DNA of 47,610 nucleotides, taken from contig LT635926.1 of NCBI GenBank assembly GCA_900128565.1, positions 1-47,610 of the forward strand, written 5' to 3'. Of the stretch, positions 34,598 to 42,614 are shown piece after piece; position 1 is the stretch's first letter, and each line of letters opens with the position of its first letter. The notes under the pieces were generated by a model that saw only the letters and a program-made list of their open reading frames with translations, was not told the DNA's origin and made no database searches. The DNA is from Stramenopiles sp. TOSAG23-6. Its lineage: Eukaryota. The translations under genes and the position numbers were made by a program.

Positions 34598-35728
34598 ATG
34601 CCAAATTTAAAACTGCAGCCAGATTTACGCCGAGTGTCCTTTGATAGTCCAAAGTACACCTCAGTACAAGGTAGTGAAATTGAATCTCTGGAAGTACCCG
34701 GAGAAAACAGTTTAGTACTTGCTCCTGAAAGAAATGAGGCATTGAAAGATTCATCAGATTATAAGAAAATAAGTTTATCCATCTTGTTTCTATTATTTGG
34801 TTGTTTAGAGCTAGTATTGAAGCGATGGTTATTTCTCCATAAATTCCATTTTCCGGTTTTTACAGCTTTTGTAACTCAATTATTTTGCTCTTTTGCTTTA
34901 TTATCTGGTCTTTTACTTCAACTTTGGAAATTTTCTCCTGAACGTAAAGAGCCATTTTTTACTGATTCTTCTTTATGCTGTAAGTTACTGGGATTAATGT
35001 TGCTACATGGTGGAAACGTCACATTAGATTTGGTTGGGTTGATGGAAATGCCAGCTGCTGTTGTTAAAGTAATCCGAACACCTAAACCTCTTTATACCGA
35101 CTTACTCACGTGGGCATTTTATGGAGTTCGTAGTACTAGGAATCAATGGTGTGCAATGATTTTAACATTATTTGGTGCCATATGCACAATTGCTAAAAAC
35201 CCACATGTTACAATCCTTGGTTTAATATCAGTGTCTGTTGCAGCTGTGTTTTCAGCTGGTCATTTTGTATTAGCAGCGTCAGTTATGAATGTTTTATTTT
35301 TTTTTCAAATTCGAATTTATTTTTCATACGAAATTTTGTACCTAAGGATTTTTTTTTTTTTTTTTGAAATATTTTTCTAAAATACATGAATGATAATGGT
35401 GTAGACCCTTTGTCTCTCATGCTATTACTCAGTGCCCCATTAACTATATTTTTAATACCGATTGTTTCATATGTAGATGGATTTACAAATGTAATTGAAT
35501 TTTGTGATCAACCCGGGGAAATGTATGTATGTTTTTTTTTTTCAATTGTTTTGTCTACATTTTTTTTTTCAATTGTTTTGTCTACATTTTTTTTCTAACA
35601 AAATTAAAAATGCTTTTTTGAAATATTTTCATACAATGTATAATGTTTTATCAGCTTTACTTCCAGCGTCAATTATATCATTTTTTCATAGTATTTTAGG
35701 TTGGTATCTAATTAAGTGGACGACACCG
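34598..35728 (+). CDS. TPT/SLC35 nucleotide-sugar transporter, C-terminally incomplete; exons 34598-35286, 35388-35526, 35642-35728
   Basis: FHFPVF.AF..Q, L...L..M......VIR..KP, DPLSL....AP, LIKWTTP; many TM helices; the usual last two helices are absent. Confidence 0.7.
35287..35387 (+). other. Family intron, 101 nt; GA...AT in the family register (GT...AT if slid 4 nt)
   Basis: GTTAT|GAATGTTTT...TACGAAATTTTGTACCTAAG...ATATTTTTCTAAAATACAT|GAATG; 7-nt direct repeat ATGAATG; removal restores frame. Confidence 0.8.
35527..35641 (+). other. Family intron (GT...AT), 115 nt, phase 0
   Basis: ATGTAT|GTATGTTTT...TTCTAAC...AAATATTTTCATACAATGTAT|AAT; internal ~27-nt duplication; removal gives GEMY|NVLSALL. 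Confidence 0.8.
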
Positions 35729-35823
35729 GTACGTTTTCATTTCAATTTCAATTTCAATTTTTTTTTTCGTACGAAATTTTGTACCTAACGATTTTAATTT
35801 TTGAAATATTTTTCATAATGAAT
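35729..35823 (+). other. Family intron at the TPT / PA-domain junction; 3' end uncertain (35819 or 35823)
   Basis: CCG|GTACGTTTTCAT...TTTCGTACGAAATTTTGTACCTAACG...AAATATTTTTCATAATGAAT. Confidence 0.7.
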
Positions 35824-37186
35824 GTAGCCCTTTGCTTAATACTTCTGTAGGGTTAGGGTTAGAGGATTCTGTACCTAACACAAATAAAGATGACACAGCA
35901 TATGTATGTTTAGAAGGAGATGGTATCAATAATGACAATCCACCTTGTTTATCATGTACGTTTTCATTGTGAATATCAAATGTATTTTTGTTTTCATAGT
36001 AAATTTTGTACCTAACGATTTAAAAAAAATACTTTTTCACAATACATCAAGTATCAAAGGTAAAGCCGTTATTATGCTACGTGGCTCTTGTGACTTTTCT
36101 ACTAAAGTAAAACATGCTGAACAAGCTGGTGCTGCAGCAGTTATTGTTGGTAATTATAGAAAAGATGTAAATGAAGGCAAAATTAAATCTTATTTTAGTC
36201 GGTATACTACAACATACAAAACAACAACTGATATTATTAGTCATGAAAAAACTGATAATGATTTTCAAAGTATTTATGGTGATGAGACTGTACGTATGAG
36301 TAGTGATGATATTATTAGTATGAGCCGTGATTTTAGTGATACAACTGAAATCCGAATGTACGTGTATATCATTTTAATTTTCATTTTAAGTTTGTTTTCG
36401 TACGTAATTTTGTACCTAACAATTTTTGAATTTTTGAAATATTTTTTCACAAAACATTCCTTCAATATTTTTGTCTCTCAATGATTTTCGTACTTTTCTT
36501 TATCAATTAAATGAACAATATAGAGCGAAAAGTTCAGATATACATTCAAATGTATCAAACGATACACGCGAAATTCATGTAAAATTTCATGGAAAATTAC
36601 ATCAAACAAAGCACAAAGGACTTCATTTTAGAGATTTAGGTTTACATGTACGTTTTCATCATGAATTTCAAAAAAAAATCATTCTCTCTCTCTCTCTCGC
36701 TGTCTCTCTCTCTCTCTCTCTCGCTGTCTCTTGCTTCCTCCACTGCCCATGTCTAAATTCTCGCGCTCTCTCTCTTCTCTCTTACTTCGTCTCTCTCTCT
36801 CTCTCTCTNTCTTGCTATCACTCTCTCTATTCCTCTTCTCTGTCCGTGTCTCAAGTTTTTTTTTCGTACCAAAATTTGTACCTAACGAATTTTTTGTACG
36901 CAAAAAAAAATATTTTTTCACAATGCATCCTTTTGTACAAGTTAGTAATGCTAAAGTCAAAATTTCAAATGTCAAGAAAATTGATATTAATAATAGTAGT
37001 ATTAGAAATATGCCAACTCCAATGAATCAAGCTTTTTCTGAAAGTAAACTTGAATGTGTTTTGTCTTCAATTTCACATTTGAAAAAAAAAGATAAAATAT
37101 CTCAAGATGAAGAAATTATTGATGAAAATTCAAGTCGTCAAAAAGTTCTGATTAGTAACGTTCAAATATGTAGAAATAAGAATTAA
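35820..37186 (+). CDS. PA (protease-associated) domain protein, 5'-incomplete or fused to the upstream transporter; multi-exon
   Basis: Spliced product CSPLLN...SIKGKAVIMLRGSCDFSTKVKHAEQAGAAAVIVGN...IRIPSIFLS has the classic PA-domain motif order. Confidence 0.75.
35847..35903 (+). other. Candidate 57-nt minimal family intron (GT...AT), in frame and stop-free, with GGGTTA repeats
   Basis: TCT|GTAGGGTTAGGGTTAGAGGATTCTGTACCTAAC...GACACAGCATAT|GTA. Confidence 0.55.
35956..36047 (+). other. Non-canonical family intron (GT...AT), 92 nt, phase 1
   Basis: TCAT|GTACGTTTTCAT...AAATTTTGTACCTAACG...CACAATACAT|CAAG; the AG 4 nt downstream is out of frame. Confidence 0.85.
36358..36457 (+). other. Non-canonical family intron (GT...AT), 100 nt, phase 2
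   Basis: CGAAT|GTACG...TTCGTACGTAATTTTGTACCTAAC...ATATTTTTTCACAAAACAT|TCCT; restores the PA motif IPSIFLS; no AG from the branch box to >60 nt downstream. Confidence 0.9.
36648..36928 (+). other. Family intron (GT...AT), 281 nt, expanded by a CT-rich microsatellite
   Basis: TTACAT|GTACGTTTTCATCATGAA...(CT)n...TTCGTACCAAAATTTGTACCTAACG...CACAATGCAT|CCT; removal is in frame. Confidence 0.8.
36683..36853. repeat. Imperfect (CT)n microsatellite
   Basis: Runs of ctctct within the intron. Confidence 0.9.
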
Positions 37187-37290
37187 ATAAGTTAAAATTT
37201 AATATAAAAAATAGTATTTATAGTAAAATGAATCATTATTTAGGTATATAGTATTTACATGATATATATATATATACAATATATATACCA

Positions 37291-38241
37291 TTATAAAAAG
37301 TAAAGTGAATCATTTTGAACGTCAATTCTTAATTTTGATACTAAATGTAAACCCAATTGCATTGTAAGTAAAGTATGTGCTCCACCAAAAATATCTGTAA
37401 ATGTTCTTTTTAATGCTCCAGTATGTTCCAATGCTTTAGACAATAGCATTGAATCAGCACATAGATCAATGACACTTTCTAGAGTAACCAATAATTCGAA
37501 TCTTTTCTGAATATCTTTATTTCCTACTGTTACCCGGATCACATGCAAGGCTTCACGAGCAGGAATCGACGGAGCTGCATCCCAGATACAACATTCCATC
37601 AAAACATTTCCTTCAAACACTTTAGTATCCATAAAAAGAAGTGCTTTATCTAATGCATTGATTCTTTGAGTATGTGAGGTTGATGTTTGAGGTCTACTGA
37701 GATTTTGTTTTTCATCAAATTGTGACTTGAGTATTTTTTTTCCAAGTTCTTTTTGACGCCTTGCCGTCCTTGCTCGACGAATATGTGCATATCTTGATGT
37801 TTTTTCGACATTTTTCCTGTTTGCTTTGTGTTGTAATAAAAGAAGAGAATGATCAACGTCAAATGATGGTACAGTCTTTTGTAAACGATCAAGCAGAGCT
37901 TCATTTTGTGTCATTATTTTTAACATTCGCTTCTTTCGGTTGATACGATTAAGACTTAAAAGTTTGGCTCTAGTCGTCTGGTTTGGTGTACGCATTCGTT
38001 CTTGCATTATACCTGCCATTTTATCTAATAACATTCGATTACTCTTGTCTATTTGTTGAAACCTTTCTTCTCTAGCTTGTCTACCTTTGGCATCATTTCG
38101 ACGGTGAAATCTTGGAGCACTAGTATCTATGGAAGCCTTGATATTACGAATCCTTTCTAATTCAACACGACGCTTACGACGTCGTATACGTTCATCTAAA
38201 AGACGATTGCATGATAATCGACCAACGGGTGCCGCTGACAT
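37291..38241 (-). CDS. CFAP97/KIAA1430 (hemingway)-domain protein
   Basis: IDTSAP, EER...ID..NR.LL.KM..I, SLN...RKK....I..QN..LL.RL. Confidence 0.7.
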   Translation of the reverse strand: MSAAPVGRLSCNRLLDERIRRRKRRVELERIRNIKASIDTSAPRFHRRNDAKGRQAREERFQQIDKSNRMLLDKMAGIMQERMRTPNQTTRAKLLSLNRINRKKRMLKIMTQNEALLDRLQKTVPSFDVDHSLLLLQHKANRKNVEKTSRYAHIRRARTARRQKELGKKILKSQFDEKQNLSRPQTSTSHTQRINALDKALLFMDTKVFEGNVLMECCIWDAAPSIPAREALHVIRVTVGNKDIQKRFELLVTLESVIDLCADSMLLSKALEHTGALKRTFTDIFGGAHTLLTMQLGLHLVSKLRIDVQNDSLYFL

Positions 38242-38682
38242 GGTCTAAAACCAATGAAATATTATAATATAGAAAGATTTACAAGTTGATGTGATGTGGT
38301 ATCTAAAGTATAAATACGGTTACAAAAATTGACTAGTATCACCACGGTATTTCGTGTTTTGTCCAAAGATAAGCTCAAAAATTAAATTTCATAAAAAAAA
38401 CAAAAAGAATACGATTTCTGATATACTTTGTTTATTTTCGAGACTTTTTTCTTTTTTACATTTCTTTTCTTCTTCCATGTTAACCAGTATACAAAGTAAT
38501 GATAATCGGCATTATAAATTCAATAAAATATTATAGCTTTATATTCAAGAAGAAATTACACAATCAATCTAGGCTGCCATAATTAACAATATTATGCAAA
38601 CGATTAATTTATAACTGCTTCTGCCATTCGCATTATTTGATGTTGTTTCTTTGCAATCGGGCTAAAGCATAAAGTTGTGGGT

Positions 38683-39915
38683 TCAGGGAAATGTCAGAAC
38701 AATTTCTAAATTATTCTTCAATTCATCTGAAGCATGCTGCAAAGCAAAACCACGATTTTTCACTGCTGCCATAACAATTTTCACTGCTGCCATAACAACT
38801 TCAAAGGTATTCTTCATTTCATCTGAAGCAAACCTCCAAACCATGCTACACTTTTTCGTTTTCAATGCTGTCATAACAATTTCTAAATTATTCTTCAATT
38901 CATCTGAAGCATGGTACCAAGCACCGCCATCATTTTTCACTGCTGCCATAACAACTTTAAAGTTATTCTTCATTTCATCTGAAGCATACTCCAAATTATT
39001 ACCATTCGTTTTCAATGCTGCCATAACAATTTCTAAATTATTCTTCAATTCATCTGAAGCATACCTCAAATTATTGAACTCACATTTGTAAAGATTGCCC
39101 CTAGTTTTCACTGCTGCCATAACAACTTTAAAGTTATTCTTCATTTCATCTGAAGCATCCCCCAAACTAAACACGTCACTTCTGAAACCTCTCAATAAAA
39201 ATGCCTCATTATCTTTCAGAGAATTTGGAGCAAATTGTAGAAAAGATGTATTTGCGCTCACTGATAAATCAAAGATAAACTGTCTATCATTTCTCATTTC
39301 TTCAGAAAGAAAGTCCGAAATTACGCCAGAAAACCAGTCTGCCGTGTCTGCTGCATAATCGCTGTCGATAGATACTACAGTTCGTCCTACCAAGAGTATG
39401 AAGTTTTTATCTTTGAAAAGTGTATCTGATTGACTTAACTTGTCAAACCAACATTGCCTTACCTTGTCAAACCAAGGTAAGTCCCAGTCAGAGTAAGGTT
39501 CAAAATCTTCAGGTCCATCTAAGTTCAAAGTACCCTCCCACATTATATCGTCCGTAAAATCTTTCCAGTTTTCTGAATTGACTTCACTAAGTCTTGAGTA
39601 GCAGTATTTGCTGTAATCAATTCCAACTTTCATTAACTCTTGAAGTATCCATTCTTTTCGTTTAGTGACCCTGCTCACTTTTAGTTTCACCCATAAAGAT
39701 TCAAGTAAACTTAATTCAACGTTAAAGCACTTACCAACAACTGCAACAAAATCTTCATCATCTTCAGTAATATATTCAACAATTGAAAGAACAATAGCCA
39801 TAGGAATTATATTTTGCAGATTACTACAGGGCTTATTCGAAGATGTACTAGTACTATCANCTTTTNGCTTTATTCTGCGAGTACTAGTNTTTTGAGATGA
39901 ANTCTTTTTTGCCAT
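38683..39915 (-). CDS. DUF4116-repeat protein
   Basis: Tandem ~25-aa units ASDE(L/M)KNN(L/F)(E/K)(I/V)VMAAVK.NG..L.Y, visible as ~75-bp DNA repeats at 38700-39160. Confidence 0.8.
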   Translation of the reverse strand: MAKKXSSQXTSTRRIKXKXDSTSTSSNKPCSNLQNIIPMAIVLSIVEYITEDDEDFVAVVGKCFNVELSLLESLWVKLKVSRVTKRKEWILQELMKVGIDYSKYCYSRLSEVNSENWKDFTDDIMWEGTLNLDGPEDFEPYSDWDLPWFDKVRQCWFDKLSQSDTLFKDKNFILLVGRTVVSIDSDYAADTADWFSGVISDFLSEEMRNDRQFIFDLSVSANTSFLQFAPNSLKDNEAFLLRGFRSDVFSLGDASDEMKNNFKVVMAAVKTRGNLYKCEFNNLRYASDELKNNLEIVMAALKTNGNNLEYASDEMKNNFKVVMAAVKNDGGAWYHASDELKNNLEIVMTALKTKKCSMVWRFASDEMKNTFEVVMAAVKIVMAAVKNRGFALQHASDELKNNLEIVLTFP

Positions 39916-40569
39916 GCTGAACTAAGATCTATGATTTGAAGTTATTGTAATGAATATCTGATTATAATGGTTCTACTTCGCGGTGTCGTTTGTTTGGGGA
40001 CGGTGCAGCAGAAAGAAAAAGTATAATAATCTTCTCTGACTGGCCAGGCCTAGCTAGGGTACCAACAACGCGCGAGACACAAATGAAATTCTATATCAAA
40101 ACACAAGACTCAGATGGAATCTAACAATGTTTCGAACTAAAACAGACAAACTAAGTGTCTCGTTTTCAATAATCTAAAGAAACAACGAACAGCAAACAAC
40201 CAAAACCCAACCAATCAGCGATTGGCTCGCACAAAAATGTGAAATTTTGCTGTCATAATATCGTTTTCACACTGACGTCATCGAATTATCATAATAAATT
40301 CATAAATCGCTTTTCGGATTTTTTTTCAAAATCTCGAAAAAAATGTCTAAAAAAAATCTTTAGTTTTCGAATTTTCTTTGATTTTCTTTTGGACATCTCC
40401 GACATCTCTTGGATGTTAATGATTTTTGCAAGTGCTGTGGAAAAAATAAAAAGAATCTATTATTTACATAAACATATTTTAATTTTCAAAACAATTTATT
40501 AATCAAACATTCAAAAAAATGCACCAAAATTATAAAATTATATTTATTTACATCTCTCTTTATTCAAAC

Positions 40570-40860
40570 TTAGCCGATCGATCGATGATGTGTATTTTTG
40601 TGTATACCTTGTGCTATATCAGGATTCTTTTGGTTGTTTACTTTATGTAGAGAAGCGTGTAAAACATGAATTGCTTTTGGTGTTTGAATTTGATGAAAGA
40701 TTTTCTTTTGATCCTCTATAGGTATATTGAATTGTGCTTTCCATGTTTTTCTTAATAACATATTTCCACTCCTTTTATTCGAATGATCTAAATCTGCTGA
40801 AACATCATGTGACCTTAGAAGGGTTAATATCAACGTAATGAAAAGAAAATATTGCATAAC
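40570..40860 (-). CDS. Small hypothetical protein with signal-peptide-like N-terminus
   Basis: MQYFLFITLILTLLRSHDVSA leader in a short ORF; no recognisable domain. Confidence 0.35.
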   Translation of the reverse strand, partial: VMQYFLFITLILTLLRSHDVSADLDHSNKRSGNMLLRKTWKAQFNIPIEDQKKIFHQIQTPKAIHVLHASLHKVNNQKNPDIAQGIHKNTHHRSIG

Positions 40861-41424
40861 ACCAGTGTACGTTGGATACAAATGATATGGACTTATTATG
40901 TATGTAATCTTCGTCAATCGTCGTCGATCGTCGTATATACTATATACTAGGGACTTCTATAAAATATTGCAACGTTCGCCTCAAGATCGATCGATTGGAT
41001 CCGGCAAAGTTCCGCAAAGTTCTTGTCTACAATGAAGAATATCTCTGAGATGAAAGTAAATGACAACTGTAATTTGGAAGGAAACAATCTATGTAGAATA
41101 AGGAATAATAATCGTTATGATAATCAGCACACCAGGCACTGCTGTGTCTAAAATATTCGTGTGCGTATCTTGTTTTTGTGTAAGGCACGACGACACAGTG
41201 TGATCTTTTTTTGAAATTTCAAATTTGAATTGAATTTTGTGCAGCAAAACAGGTTCGTGACATCAATTTCGGACCTTTTTCACTGACAAAGGAACTCGAG
41301 CAAGAATTGCTACCACTAGCTAGAAGTAGTAGTAGTTGTTGATGCTATTCTTTTGTGTATTACGTACAGCGTTGATTTCATAGTTTCTTCAGCAACCCCA
41401 CAGTGCTTCTACAAAAACCTCAAA

Positions 41425-42609
41425 ATGTATACAGTATTCAAATGTAGTAGCTCTTTGCTTTTACTAGTAATTCTCAGCTGCTGCACCAACGCCGCCTCAA
41501 TTCAACCAGCTGCAAGAAGTTTTAGAGCAAGTCGCGCATATCAGTCCGCATATCAGCTGTTGGAGAAAACTCCTGTGTGGTATTACTTCAACAGTGTCAT
41601 GCCTGCCGGCCTGTCCGCGCAAAAACCTCTCAGTTACGAGGAGTTGACGCGCATAAGAGAACTCTTTGAGCAACAATATCTCAACAAGCCACAGTATGCT
41701 CTACTAGAAGATAAGCCACAGTATGCTCTACTAGAAGATAAGCCACAGTATGCTCGACTAGAAGATAAGCTACCAGAAAATATGTATCCTACTTCTATTG
41801 GACTTGTACTAAATGATGCTGCTTTCGAGGATACTTTCGAGGGTAGTAAATGTTTTCTTGGTACGATGCTGGGACCACACAATCGTATAGTTGGAGAAAA
41901 TATACAGTCGTGGTTGAATCAACCGTCTGATGAATTTTTGTCTCAGTCAAAGTTAATAGAAGTGAAAGAGAATATCGATACAATAATTGTTCACATCAAT
42001 GTTCATGGTTGTCGTGAAGGGAAATTTATGTGTAAAGACAAGTACTGTACTAGAGAAAGTGAATATTTTAAGAAAGATAAAGTACACCCTATAAAGATTT
42101 TTGCTAAACTCCGAGAAATATTTGGTTCAGAACAACCAATATTGATAATTGCAGACTCCTGCTACGGGTTCTTGGTAAAACAAACATTGGATGAAAACAG
42201 AGAAATTTATGGTAATATATCATTAATTTCTAGTGGAGAAAACCCAATCAAAATATCCTTTATATCGGGTATTATTCAAGGTATTATCTTCAATACACTG
42301 GTAAATGATGAAGAGTCCAAAGGTCCAATTACAATATCTAAATTCCTGGAACTATTCGAACAAATCGCCAAACAAAATCACCGACAAATACAAAATCAAA
42401 ATACTTCAAAGAAACTGGATACAATATGTACATATGCATATAATAAATCAATTCCAGATGGGTATATCTATCGCGCAGGTAGTAATACTGGATATCTAAG
42501 TGAATGCAGTGTTAAAGGACAGATACACCTTTTGAGAAATTCAGCTGGTGTTGGTGACATCACCATGATGCAAAACATTATTAGTCAAGGTAGAATTATA
42601 ATATTGTAA
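41425..42609 (+). CDS. Secreted protein with putative clan CD (caspase/legumain-fold) peptidase domain
   Basis: Signal-like SSSLLLLVILSCCTNA; (KPQYALLED)x3; hydrophobic strand + HG (IIVHINVHG) and strand + DSC (ILIIADSCYG). Confidence 0.55.
   Translation: MYTVFKCSSSLLLLVILSCCTNAASIQPAARSFRASRAYQSAYQLLEKTPVWYYFNSVMPAGLSAQKPLSYEELTRIRELFEQQYLNKPQYALLEDKPQYALLEDKPQYARLEDKLPENMYPTSIGLVLNDAAFEDTFEGSKCFLGTMLGPHNRIVGENIQSWLNQPSDEFLSQSKLIEVKENIDTIIVHINVHGCREGKFMCKDKYCTRESEYFKKDKVHPIKIFAKLREIFGSEQPILIIADSCYGFLVKQTLDENREIYGNISLISSGENPIKISFISGIIQGIIFNTLVNDEESKGPITISKFLELFEQIAKQNHRQIQNQNTSKKLDTICTYAYNKSIPDGYIYRAGSNTGYLSECSVKGQIHLLRNSAGVGDITMMQNIISQGRIIIL
41686..41769 (+). repeat. 27-bp coding tandem repeat x3
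   Basis: aagccacagtatgctctactagaagat repeated. Confidence 0.9.
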
Positions 42610-42614
42610 TTTCT

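Noticed and set aside
36679-36975. Minus-strand ORF with RE repeats
   Set aside because: Translation of the intronic CT microsatellite
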